A stretch of DNA of 64,000 nucleotides. Source: a virus (lineage: Duplodnaviria > Caudoviricetes). The notes beneath the pieces were generated by a model. The model saw only the letters and a program-made list of their open reading frames with translations. It did no database searches and was not told where the DNA came from. Positions 40,623-48,949 of the stretch are shown here, one piece after another. The stretch is taken from positions 107 to 64,106 of IMG/VR virus record IMGVR_UViG_3300044949_001557. One strand, 5' to 3'. Position numbers and translations under genes: made by a program. Positions within the stretch are counted from its first letter, which is position 1, and each line of letters opens with the position of its first letter.

Positions 40623-41218
40623 TGACTGACCACGAAGCATACAGTTTATATCCTAGAGACAATATCTGGTATAATAAACTGTATCTTGCAGAAAGATTGG
40701 GTTATAACGCAGGTTACGGGTTGATCCCTCATGATGGTGAGTTTGTTATCAAACCAACAATTAATTTACATGGTTGTGGTATAGGAGCCAAGATTGGTTA
40801 TTATAAAAGAAATGACCCAGTGCCACATGAATATTTTTGGAGTGAAGTTTTTACTGGTAGACACATCACTATAGACTACAGTAAAATCAACGGTCATTGG
40901 CACCAAGGACATACTTTTGAAGGACTCAAAGACGATCAAGATGATTTGTTAAAATTTAGTTTGTGGCGTAGAGTAGAATATCCTTATGTTCTTCCTGAAA
41001 TTTTTAATGACATACACAGTGAAAATTTAAATATAGAAATAATAGGTGATAAGATCATTGAGGTTCACTTGCGACACAATACAGATCCAGTTGAACATGA
41101 TTGTTTTATTCCTATATGGAGCAACGAACAAAAATGTCCAACGGGCTATGTGAGAATCGATGATCTTGAACAGCATCCTGGCCGGCTAGGATTTTTTATA
41201 AGGGAAGAACATGAGTAA
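40622..41218 (+). CDS. ATP-grasp-like hypothetical protein
   Basis: VIKP..NLHG.G.GA and NIE...IIEVHLR patterns. Confidence 0.5.
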   Translation: MTDHEAYSLYPRDNIWYNKLYLAERLGYNAGYGLIPHDGEFVIKPTINLHGCGIGAKIGYYKRNDPVPHEYFWSEVFTGRHITIDYSKINGHWHQGHTFEGLKDDQDDLLKFSLWRRVEYPYVLPEIFNDIHSENLNIEIIGDKIIEVHLRHNTDPVEHDCFIPIWSNEQKCPTGYVRIDDLEQHPGRLGFFIREEHE

Positions 41219-42311
41219 AGAACAATACAATTTAAAATCAAAAACAGACTATTTGAATCGCAAAATGTTTTTAGATCCAGCTGGTCCTGTGACCATTCAG
41301 CGATTCGAAGAAGTCAAATACAACAAGCTGGCCAAGTTTGAGCAAGAGGCACGTGGCTTTTTCTGGGTGCCTGAAGAAATCAGTCTCACCAAAGACGCAC
41401 AGGATTTCAAGGAAGCATCAGACACAGTAAAGCATATCTTTACCAGCAATCTGTTACGCCAAACAGCGTTAGACAGTTTACAAGGTCGTGGCCCAAGCCA
41501 AATCTTTACTCCAGTTGTAAGTCTTCCAGAACTAGAAGCCTTGGTCTACAACTGGACATTCTTTGAAACCAACATCCACAGTCGCAGTTACAGTCACATT
41601 ATTCGAAACATTTATAATGTGCCTAAAGAAGTATTCAATACCATCCACGATACCAAAGAGATTGTGGACATGGCTTCTAGCGTGGGCAATTATTACGACA
41701 AACTACATCTGATCAACTGTGTGATTGAAACAGGCGAAAAAATTGATGAGGAAAAACATATCCGGGCCATTTGGATGGCACTGAATGCCAGTTATGCATT
41801 AGAAGCGTTCCGTTTCATGGTCAGCTTTGCTACCAGTCTAGCCATGGTGGAAAACAAGATCTTTATCGGCAACGGCAACATCATCAGTCTTATTTTACAG
41901 GACGAAATCTTGCACAAGGATTGGACTGCCTGGATGATCAATCAAGTGATCAAGGAAGATCCACGTTTTGCACGAGTCAAGCAAGAGTGCGAAGCCGAAG
42001 TATATCAAATGTATCTGGATGTGATCCGTGAAGAAAAGGCCTGGGCCGACTATCTGTTCAAGCATGGTCCAGTGATTGGTCTCAATGCACAGATTCTCAA
42101 AGATTTTGTTGATTATACAGCCGCTGCTGCCCTCAAAGAGATTGGTATCAAATATCAAAGTCCTGCCCCAAAGTCTACTCCAATCCCTTGGTTCAACAAG
42201 CATGTCAACACCAGCAACAAACAAACTGCACTGCAGGAGAGCGAATCAACTAATTATGTTATTGGTGTGATGAGTGACAATCTCGACTACGACGCACTAC
42301 CACAACTATAA
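41211..42311 (+). CDS. nrdB: Class Ia ribonucleotide reductase beta subunit
   Basis: FWVPEE, LDSLQGR, ETNIHSRSY and DEILH motifs. Confidence 0.95.
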   Translation: MSKEQYNLKSKTDYLNRKMFLDPAGPVTIQRFEEVKYNKLAKFEQEARGFFWVPEEISLTKDAQDFKEASDTVKHIFTSNLLRQTALDSLQGRGPSQIFTPVVSLPELEALVYNWTFFETNIHSRSYSHIIRNIYNVPKEVFNTIHDTKEIVDMASSVGNYYDKLHLINCVIETGEKIDEEKHIRAIWMALNASYALEAFRFMVSFATSLAMVENKIFIGNGNIISLILQDEILHKDWTAWMINQVIKEDPRFARVKQECEAEVYQMYLDVIREEKAWADYLFKHGPVIGLNAQILKDFVDYTAAAALKEIGIKYQSPAPKSTPIPWFNKHVNTSNKQTALQESESTNYVIGVMSDNLDYDALPQL

Positions 42312-42321
42312 GGAGAACAAA

Positions 42322-42552
42322 ATGAAAGCTATTGTATGGTCAAAATATCACTGCCCTTTTTGTGATCAAGCCAAGGCCTTGCTCAAGCAAAAAGGCATTG
42401 AGTTTGAAGAAAGAAAGATCGGCGATGGATTTACCAAAGAGGATCTACTGGAAGCAGTGCCTACAGCACGAACAGTGCCACAAATCTTTCTCGATGATAA
42501 ACTCATAGGCGGGTTCACCGAACTCAAACAACATTTAACAGAAAGCGCATAA
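42322..42552 (+). CDS. Glutaredoxin
   Basis: CPFC, TVPQIF and IGGF motifs; AAGGAG SD. Confidence 0.92.
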   Translation: MKAIVWSKYHCPFCDQAKALLKQKGIEFEERKIGDGFTKEDLLEAVPTARTVPQIFLDDKLIGGFTELKQHLTESA

Positions 42553-42858
42553 ATGCAACTCACAGCAGAACCAGGACAAGTTTATACCTTTAAATTAAAC
42601 AGCGGAGAAGAACTCATTGCCAAAGTCAAACAGGCTGGCGGCGATTGGATTGAAATTGAGAATCCAGTCAGCGTGGCACCTGGCCCCCAAGGTATGGGAC
42701 TAGTGCCGTCGATGTTTACCGCAGGTATTGACGCAGAAATCAAGCTAAATACTGCAAGTGTATCCATATACGCATTGACAGAAGATGCTGTAAAAATGAA
42801 ATACATCGAAGCTACAACTGGAATTCGAGTTCCAGACAAAAAAATCATAATGGGGTAA
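42553..42858 (+). CDS. Hypothetical protein (Sm-like fold?)
   Basis: KLNSGEELIA and YIEATTGI patterns. Confidence 0.6.
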   Translation: MQLTAEPGQVYTFKLNSGEELIAKVKQAGGDWIEIENPVSVAPGPQGMGLVPSMFTAGIDAEIKLNTASVSIYALTEDAVKMKYIEATTGIRVPDKKIIMG

Positions 42859-42868
42859 GGAGTATATC

Positions 42869-43282
42869 ATGGCAGCACCAATGCAACGTGTAGGCGACTT
42901 CAACAGCGGCGGCGGCATAATTGTCAGCGGTGGTCACCGCAATGTGTTGGTCAACGGAAGACCTGCTGCTACTCCTTTTGCTGTAGTAACTCCGCATATA
43001 GGTTGCGGCAAGAAAAATCTGAAAAGTCTGCTGCACTGTCTTGCTCTAACTTTGCCAGGTTCATCTACTGTAAAAATCAATGGCGAACCGGTGATAGTAA
43101 CCGGGGTTCCGGATACTTGTGGGCATAGTAGAGCAGGCGGAAGCCCCAATGTTGTATCTGCTGGCGGCGCAGGATTGATTGGTCAAGCCCTTAGCCTTTA
43201 TAACACTGTATCAAGCCTTCAAAATCTTGCTAGCCGCTTGTCAGCAGGACCTCTGGATATTCAACCCGGTGAAGGCCTATAA
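42869..43282 (+). CDS. PAAR-like spike tip protein
   Basis: RVGD, VNGRPAA, GSSTVKING and CGH motifs. Confidence 0.8.
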   Translation: MAAPMQRVGDFNSGGGIIVSGGHRNVLVNGRPAATPFAVVTPHIGCGKKNLKSLLHCLALTLPGSSTVKINGEPVIVTGVPDTCGHSRAGGSPNVVSAGGAGLIGQALSLYNTVSSLQNLASRLSAGPLDIQPGEGL

Positions 43283-45231
43283 TGACATTTGGAACTCTAA
43301 GTTCAGTTAATTTAATTGCAGGTGCTGGCATTCTTGGCAATGTGGGCGGCGTGCCAATTTCTGCCAACTCTGCGGTAATAAACAGCATAGACACTTATTT
43401 TGCTATCCCGGCAGTAACACAATTTGCCAATGTCAAATTCACTGGAGCAAGTGTGTTAACTGCCAACACTGCTGCGGCAGAACTCTATAATCTAGCAGCC
43501 AATGTTTTTCCTGCCCTCACCGACGCAGTTCCTGTTTCATACATCAGCAACATTGGTAACACCCCGGTGGGCGGTTTTACCGAAGTAACACTCAATGAAA
43601 TAAACAACATTTTGGGCAATGGCGATATTGGTATATTTGAACAGGTTTTTGCCTCAGCAGATGCTTTTCGCTTCAGCTCAAATCAACTCATTGACAGTGC
43701 AGTCAACGCCAACAACGCATCAGCTGACGCAACTTTTATCAGTCAAGATGCGACTATGACCGGAGGAATGAGTCAAATAAGCCAGGCTTTTCTGGCATTT
43801 GGACTAGATCTGCTTGCGTTGGGTCAGTCCATTGATCTCAATAATTTACCTAATATAGGTAGTCCAGAAGCACTGTTAAGACAAATCTATACCAGTTCCA
43901 ATGGTGTGCCTGAACTCACAACTGCTTTGACTCAGGCCGGTATTGATCAATTTTTGCTCAGCAATCTCGGTAGCATTAACATGACCGACGAGCAACAAAA
44001 AATTGCGTTTGAAGTCATGACCAAAATCACCAGACAGCCCTTGGTGCAAATTTTAAGACTGTTGAGAGTAACCACCACTGGAATTGTTAATTTGGCCGAT
44101 TTGTTGAATCCTGTAAAAGCCTTTCCTCGAAGCTTTAACACTTTGACAGCACCTACTGCCAATGGACTGCGTGCTGTTTATATCAATAGCTCGGGTGCTG
44201 TGAACACCAACTTAGAAACTGAATTACCCACAAATGTTTTGGTGCCACTACAGGGTTACAGCATCACCAGAAATACCTACAGTCAGCTCAAAAAAATCAT
44301 TCCCCCAGACTGGGCTCTGGCCAACAAAGCATTGCAGGCTGGCCTGCAACAAGTAAAGTCGATCTTTAATGCTGACTTAACTGCATTGAGCGCAGCCACA
44401 GGAAATTTAGAAACCAACAAAGGACTGGATCTTATCAATGCACTGACCAGTCCACTGCCTCCTGAAGTGGTTGCGTTTTATGAAAATACCTTTGTTTCGG
44501 GCTCCGGAAAAAACGGCACAGTGTTGTTGGCAGATGTCATTGGCAGTGCCGCAGGTTGGGTAGTGACCGCAAACATTTCCACAACAAGTTCCATAATATC
44601 CAGTCTTGACAGTGCGGGTGCACTCAACAGTCTGACCAATGGCACCAATGGTGTCTACACTGTGATGCAAAACACTCTGGATGGATTATATGGCACAGGC
44701 AACAGTGTGGTTATTCCTGGTGGTCTCCCAGCAGCTGGAACGTATGGCAGTCTTGATGACGCATTTACAGGCCCGGGCGCACCAGGAACTGGTCTTATTC
44801 CAGCAGCCTATTCGGCCATTGCTGTAATTGTCAGTAACAATGCCAACTCAGTGGCCAATGCTGACTCGGCCTGGAGCAATGCTGCTGCACAAATATCAGG
44901 CGAATTTATTTTTCAGAGTCAGGCCGGGCTAGAATTTGCCAACTTGATTCCCAATCAGCAGCCCACTGGATTAGTCAACAATTTGTCATCCTACGGACTT
45001 GACACCGAAGTTGGCGGCCCTGCATTCATACTGGAATCAGTGGCCAACACAGCAACATTGGGTGGCCAAGCCATTGTATCTACCATGCGTGAAGCTCGCA
45101 ATCAAATTCGTTTGCAAAGTGCCGGAGTGCAAACAGAAATTGTTGTGAGTGATATAGTGCCGCAGCCTCAAGCAACATTGAGCTCTGGGCAATACACTGT
45201 GGCAGAAGCAGTGAATCAAAAAATCATTTGA
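43282..45231 (+). CDS. Virion structural protein (baseplate/tail-like)
   Basis: Ala/Asn/Gly-rich 649 aa, coupled to the PAAR gene. Confidence 0.55.
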   Translation: MTFGTLSSVNLIAGAGILGNVGGVPISANSAVINSIDTYFAIPAVTQFANVKFTGASVLTANTAAAELYNLAANVFPALTDAVPVSYISNIGNTPVGGFTEVTLNEINNILGNGDIGIFEQVFASADAFRFSSNQLIDSAVNANNASADATFISQDATMTGGMSQISQAFLAFGLDLLALGQSIDLNNLPNIGSPEALLRQIYTSSNGVPELTTALTQAGIDQFLLSNLGSINMTDEQQKIAFEVMTKITRQPLVQILRLLRVTTTGIVNLADLLNPVKAFPRSFNTLTAPTANGLRAVYINSSGAVNTNLETELPTNVLVPLQGYSITRNTYSQLKKIIPPDWALANKALQAGLQQVKSIFNADLTALSAATGNLETNKGLDLINALTSPLPPEVVAFYENTFVSGSGKNGTVLLADVIGSAAGWVVTANISTTSSIISSLDSAGALNSLTNGTNGVYTVMQNTLDGLYGTGNSVVIPGGLPAAGTYGSLDDAFTGPGAPGTGLIPAAYSAIAVIVSNNANSVANADSAWSNAAAQISGEFIFQSQAGLEFANLIPNQQPTGLVNNLSSYGLDTEVGGPAFILESVANTATLGGQAIVSTMREARNQIRLQSAGVQTEIVVSDIVPQPQATLSSGQYTVAEAVNQKII

Positions 45232-45253
45232 CAAAATAACCCGTTTTCTTGCA

Positions 45254-45296
45254 GTAATACTTGGGTATTACAAAAAAAGTAATACCCAAGTATTAC
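45254..45296. repeat. Doubled 18-bp palindrome
   Basis: GTAATACTTGGGTATTAC-A7-GTAATACCCAAGTATTAC; the two copies are exact reverse complements. Confidence 0.9.
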
Positions 45297-45306
45297 AATA
45301 TTCGAG

Positions 45307-45335
45307 TTGACCAAAAAATCAATTTCGGCTATAAT
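45307..45335 (+). promoter_or_regulatory. sigma70-type early promoter
   Basis: TTGACC-17-TATAAT; ATG 45342 is 7 nt downstream. Confidence 0.85.
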
Positions 45336-45341
45336 ACATGT

Positions 45342-45668
45342 ATGGAAATTAAAAAAGCAGCCCGCAAGCGCCGTCGGGACACCAAACATGCAATCTACGT
45401 GATCACTAATCTGATCACTCAAGAACAATACGTCGGCATCACTGTTTGTGGTCAGCAGGTTCAACGAGCGCTGCGAGTTCGAATCCAAAAGCACATCCGC
45501 CGAGCTGTGACCGAAAACAAGGATTGGGGTCTGTGCTCTAGCATCCGTGAACACGGTGTTTCGGCATTCACTTATGGGGTGATCGAGTTTGTGCGTGGCC
45601 GCCGCCCTGCCCATGCTCGTGAGCGTGAATTGATCCGCGAATTCAATCCTGCTCTGAACACTCGTTGA
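45342..45668 (+). CDS. Small GIY-YIG-like nuclease
   Basis: AIYVITN...YVGIT, R...H, E and LN motifs. Confidence 0.7.
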   Translation: MEIKKAARKRRRDTKHAIYVITNLITQEQYVGITVCGQQVQRALRVRIQKHIRRAVTENKDWGLCSSIREHGVSAFTYGVIEFVRGRRPAHARERELIREFNPALNTR

Positions 45669-45673
45669 CCCGC

Positions 45674-45702
45674 TTGACCAAAAATTCAGCATCTGCTATA
45701 AT
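45674..45702 (+). promoter_or_regulatory. sigma70-type early promoter
   Basis: TTGACC-17-TATAAT with TGC extension. Confidence 0.85.
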
Positions 45703-45729
45703 ACCACACATAGACAACAAGGAGTTGAA

Positions 45730-45966
45730 ATGACAAACACTGTTGAATTTGAAGGCACTGTTTACGATCGGCGTCACGGTGGTGCGTTTGATCGTGGTTC
45801 CGCTGACAGCTACTACGATCGTCCGTTTAGTCCTCATCTTTATGTGGGCAATACTGGCACCAGCCAGCTGCTGCGAGCTGAAGAAATGACCGACGAAGAA
45901 ATTGCAGCCTACACTGCAGGCTTTGAATACAACGAACAGTTTGGCGACAAGAAGAACTGGGGTTGA
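45730..45966 (+). CDS. Small early hypothetical protein
   Basis: AAGGAG SD; RHGGAFDRGSADSYY. Confidence 0.75.
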   Translation: MTNTVEFEGTVYDRRHGGAFDRGSADSYYDRPFSPHLYVGNTGTSQLLRAEEMTDEEIAAYTAGFEYNEQFGDKKNWG

Positions 45967-45967
45967 C

Positions 45968-46237
45968 ATGCAAAAAGAAATTGAACTCCGACCCGGCGAA
46001 GGCAACTTTTATCTTGCCATGGCATTCCATTGGGTGTTTGTTGCAATTTTCATTGTGCCAGTGGCCTTGTTACTTCTGATTGCAGTCATCAATCCATTTT
46101 GGTTCCGCGACGCAATGTTTCGTTGGGTCGAAAGTGGTGTCAATCAACTGAGTCGTTGGCGTAATTACAAGAAGTATCGCATCTATCTTGGCTGCGATCC
46201 CAAAGTTTGGCACACCCTCAAAGGAGATTTGAAATGA
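45968..46237 (+). CDS. Small membrane protein
   Basis: One long hydrophobic segment. Confidence 0.65.
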   Translation: MQKEIELRPGEGNFYLAMAFHWVFVAIFIVPVALLLLIAVINPFWFRDAMFRWVESGVNQLSRWRNYKKYRIYLGCDPKVWHTLKGDLK

Positions 46238-46644
46238 CCATGCCTGCTGGCCGCTATTACATTGGTGACTTGTGCTATGTCATGCACGATGAATGGCACG
46301 AAGTCTGTGACTTGTTCTTCCCGCTGGACCAGGTAGTCCGCAACGTCAACGGTGAGTTTGTGCTGAAAGATGGCCGCCGCTTTGCCAGTTTCGGCACAGC
46401 CTACGGTGATGGCACTTATCAAAGCAATATCAGCACCAGTCACTCAGTGGATTCTGGTTCAATTGGTTGCATCCGCGTGGAAGACATTCGCGACAACACC
46501 TATGCGGACATCGAACAACTGGGTGCCATTGTGGAGTTTGATGCACCGTTTGAAGTGAGCGAAGATCACGGCTTGATCCAGTTTGGTCATGTGCAGATCG
46601 AAACTGCCGGCAGCTACGAAACTGAGGAATACGGGTATGAATAA
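46234..46644 (+). CDS. Hypothetical protein
   Basis: AAGGAG SD; YYIGDLCYV, TAYGDG and VDSGSIG. Confidence 0.75.
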   Translation: MTMPAGRYYIGDLCYVMHDEWHEVCDLFFPLDQVVRNVNGEFVLKDGRRFASFGTAYGDGTYQSNISTSHSVDSGSIGCIRVEDIRDNTYADIEQLGAIVEFDAPFEVSEDHGLIQFGHVQIETAGSYETEEYGYE

Positions 46645-46873
46645 GCAAATTCGACAACTTGCCGAACAAGCTGGTTTTGCACTGTGGGGAGAAGAACAGT
46701 GGAATCCTGGTGATGTCGTTGACTGGTCGGCTCGCTATGACAGGGAACTGGAAAAGTTTGCCAAGCTGATTGCTGGAGAATGTGCCAAACTGTTGCCGCC
46801 CGAAATGACACACGGCCCGGATGGCAGACCGTTGGAGCAAGTATTCAAACAGCATTTTGGAGTTGAAGAATGA
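46637..46873 (+). CDS. Small hypothetical protein
   Basis: MNKQIRQLAEQAG...FAKLIAGEC...HFGVEE. Confidence 0.7.
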   Translation: MNKQIRQLAEQAGFALWGEEQWNPGDVVDWSARYDRELEKFAKLIAGECAKLLPPEMTHGPDGRPLEQVFKQHFGVEE

Positions 46874-47085
46874 ACGAACGTTTTGCAGAGATCAGTCTTG
46901 CCGCAGGGGGTAGTCACTACCCCAACGTGAACGCAGCCCTTCAACAACGATTTGGCGAGATGGTTGTGCAACAATGTTGCAAGATTCTCACCGACAATGT
47001 AGAAGTAGCGTTAGACGCCAGCGGCAATCCTGTGTATCCCGAAGCACTGATTCGAAAACACTTTGGGCTCAGTGATCAAATGTGA
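46870..47085 (+). CDS. Small hypothetical protein, paralogous to the previous ORF
   Basis: MNERF...FGEMVVQQC...KHFG. Confidence 0.65.
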   Translation: MNERFAEISLAAGGSHYPNVNAALQQRFGEMVVQQCCKILTDNVEVALDASGNPVYPEALIRKHFGLSDQM

Positions 47086-47180
47086 TTATTGAAGTTGCGA
47101 CCCTGGATCCTGCGATATGCAGCCATGGTCTCACTCCAAGCTATCAAATATTCCCAAAAGGCTGTAAAAACTTTTTTCAT
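47076..47180 (-). CDS. 34-aa peptide (absent from the ORF track)
   Basis: MKKVFTAFWEYLIAWSETMAAYRRIQGRNFNNHI; ATGA overlap with the upstream minus-strand gene. Confidence 0.5.
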   Translation of the reverse strand: MKKVFTAFWEYLIAWSETMAAYRRIQGRNFNNHI

Positions 47181-47353
47181 AATCCCCGCTCCCAGTTATA
47201 GCTACGGCTGTCAAATTGACGTTGCCAGTATTCCACATCTCCCACGCTCTGCGGATATTTGCTGGAAATGAATTGGTCCAAACGAGTTTGGTAATCTTGA
47301 CCAGGAAACATCTCTGCCAGGCGTTCTAACAATTTTGTCATTAGTTGCGACAT
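47177..47353 (-). CDS. Small protein, DUF3563-like
   Basis: TAAATA and AAGGAG upstream; RLDQFISS...DVEYWQRQFD. Confidence 0.6.
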   Translation of the reverse strand: MSQLMTKLLERLAEMFPGQDYQTRLDQFISSKYPQSVGDVEYWQRQFDSRSYNWERGL

Positions 47354-47417
47354 GATTTTCTCCTTCGAGGTATTTATGTTGCAATACAACATTTTCTCAT
47401 GGTTTCTACTGAGAAAC

Positions 47418-47433
47418 TGTGATTCAAATCACA
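47418..47433. promoter_or_regulatory. CRP-family consensus box
   Basis: TGTGA-TTCAAA-TCACA adjacent to a -35 element. Confidence 0.55.
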
Positions 47434-47435
47434 GG

Positions 47436-47464
47436 TTGACCGAATTTTCCCGTTTTGCTATAAT
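47436..47464 (+). promoter_or_regulatory. sigma70-type early promoter
   Basis: TTGACC-17-TATAAT; identical to 47716-47744. Confidence 0.85.
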
Positions 47465-47491
47465 TACAACATAGCAACAAAGGAGCGCCAC

Positions 47492-47692
47492 ATGGCATAC
47501 ACCCTTCTTCCCAACGCCAGTGCAAATTGGGGCCCGCGCAAGGGCCTGGAAGGCCCGTTTAATTTCTCTGGGCGGGTGTTGTATTATGACAACAAAGAGG
47601 GAAAATACTACGATCCGCTGACCGACTTCTACGTGGAGCAGGCAGAAATGGACCAGATCAATCAGCAGTTCTTTGAACGCTTTAAAAAGTAA
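47492..47692 (+). CDS. Small early hypothetical protein
   Basis: AAGGAG SD; GLEGPF...YYDNKEGKYYDP; stop codon inside the palindrome. Confidence 0.75.
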   Translation: MAYTLLPNASANWGPRKGLEGPFNFSGRVLYYDNKEGKYYDPLTDFYVEQAEMDQINQQFFERFKK

Positions 47693-47744
47693 TACTCAAG
47701 TATTACAAGTTCTGGTTGACCGAATTTTCCCGTTTTGCTATAAT
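47689..47744 (+). repeat. Palindrome plus early promoter unit
   Basis: GTAATACTCAAGTATTAC-AAGTTCTGG-TTGACC-17-TATAAT. Confidence 0.9.
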
Positions 47745-47773
47745 AGAAGCATAGTAAGAAACAAGGAGCTGAA

Positions 47774-48094
47774 ATGAAACTGCTGATCACCACCCAAGTT
47801 TACGAAAACTATGCCTGGCGCGAAGACGGTAGCCTGGCCACCGGCGACGACGCCTACTGGAAGGCCAAGGGCGGCGACGAGTATGTGATCCGTGGGGTCG
47901 ATCCCTTGACTGTGGCCCCGGGCTTGTTGGTGGAGCAGGTTCGCAGTCGAATCGAGCACGACAGCGATGCTTATCGCGAGCACATCCTGGACTGGCAACT
48001 GGTGGCCGACGACTACCTTACCCAGTATGAGCAAGATCAGCTGGAGTATGATGGGCACATCGCGTATCCTGCGCAGGAACTGAGTGTGGCCTAA
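47774..48094 (+). CDS. Small early hypothetical protein
   Basis: AAGGAG SD; TQVYENY...YWKAKGG. Confidence 0.75.
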   Translation: MKLLITTQVYENYAWREDGSLATGDDAYWKAKGGDEYVIRGVDPLTVAPGLLVEQVRSRIEHDSDAYREHILDWQLVADDYLTQYEQDQLEYDGHIAYPAQELSVA

Positions 48095-48096
48095 GG

Positions 48097-48125
48097 TTGA
48101 CCAAAAATTCCCAATTTGCTATAAT
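48097..48125 (+). promoter_or_regulatory. sigma70-type early promoter
   Basis: TTGACC-17-TATAAT with TGC extension. Confidence 0.85.
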
Positions 48126-48157
48126 ATTGACATAGCGTAACAAAACAGGAGCCCCAA

Positions 48158-48400
48158 ATGGATATCAAACGTTTCAAGCAGACCCAAAAGTTTCGCATCA
48201 TTGTTGGCCAGGCGTGTTTTTACGCCACGGTCAAGCAGATTCGCAACGGTGTAGGCGACTTCACTCAGTGCAATGCCGCTGCTCAGAAGGCGCTGGATAC
48301 CCTTGAGTTCATGCGTTCAGGTGAAGGTTCTGCAGAAGGAGCCGCATGTGGCATTACCGGCACCTGGGAAGGCATGAACGTTCAACTTAACCTGGCTTAA
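48158..48400 (+). CDS. Small early hypothetical protein
   Basis: AGGAG SD. Confidence 0.7.
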   Translation: MDIKRFKQTQKFRIIVGQACFYATVKQIRNGVGDFTQCNAAAQKALDTLEFMRSGEGSAEGAACGITGTWEGMNVQLNLA

Positions 48401-48410
48401 GGAGTCAAAA

Positions 48411-48587
48411 ATGAAAGATAAAATTTTAATCTGGATCGGTCTCAATCGCAAACCCATTGGCTATACCATTGGTGGTTTCAATCTGTTGGTGGCGCTGAGT
48501 CATCTAATTCAGGGCGAAATTGGTCTTGCCATACTGTGGCTGGTGATTGGTGGCATGATTGTGATTGACACTGGCGCACACAAGTAA
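48411..48587 (+). CDS. 58-aa membrane protein (absent from the ORF track)
   Basis: AAGGAG SD; two hydrophobic helices; TAA inside the palindrome. Confidence 0.65.
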   Translation: MKDKILIWIGLNRKPIGYTIGGFNLLVALSHLIQGEIGLAILWLVIGGMIVIDTGAHK

Positions 48588-48639
48588 TACTTGAGTATTA
48601 CAAGTTCTGGTTGACCAGAATTTCCCAATTTGCTATAAT
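48584..48639 (+). repeat. Palindrome plus early promoter unit
   Basis: GTAATACTTGAGTATTAC-AAGTTCTGG-TTGACC-17-TATAAT. Confidence 0.9.
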
Positions 48640-48669
48640 ATACGCATAGACACACAAAAGGAGCCTGAC

Positions 48670-48948
48670 ATGAGTTATGTTGTTGTTGCAAAAGGTACCG
48701 GACTTATTGTCACTGACGGTCCCAACAAGAGCCGTGCATACAAGACCTATGGTGCCGCTCGTGCCACCCGCACTCGGCTGTGTAACAAGGCAGGTTGGAT
48801 GTTGAGTGAGCTCAGCATCGTTGCTCGCAACACTTACCAGGCTCCCAAGGTCACTGTAAAGAATTTGATGAGCGGCAAGCCTGTGGAAATCGACGCAGAT
48901 ACCCCCTGGTGTTGCAACCCTGCCAGCGAAACTTATTGGAGCATGTAA
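48670..48948 (+). CDS. Small early hypothetical protein
   Basis: AAGGAG SD; C-terminal TPWCCNPASETYWSM. Confidence 0.75.
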   Translation: MSYVVVAKGTGLIVTDGPNKSRAYKTYGAARATRTRLCNKAGWMLSELSIVARNTYQAPKVTVKNLMSGKPVEIDADTPWCCNPASETYWSM

Positions 48949-48949
48949 A

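Noticed and set aside
37090-42311. Intron- or intein-split ribonucleotide reductase
   Set aside because: nrdA and nrdB are each intact and of normal length; the intervening DNA is two independent genes
45254-48639. Repeats as a CRISPR array
   Set aside because: Repeats are separated by whole genes at irregular, several-hundred-bp spacing and match promoter consensus; no cas genes are present
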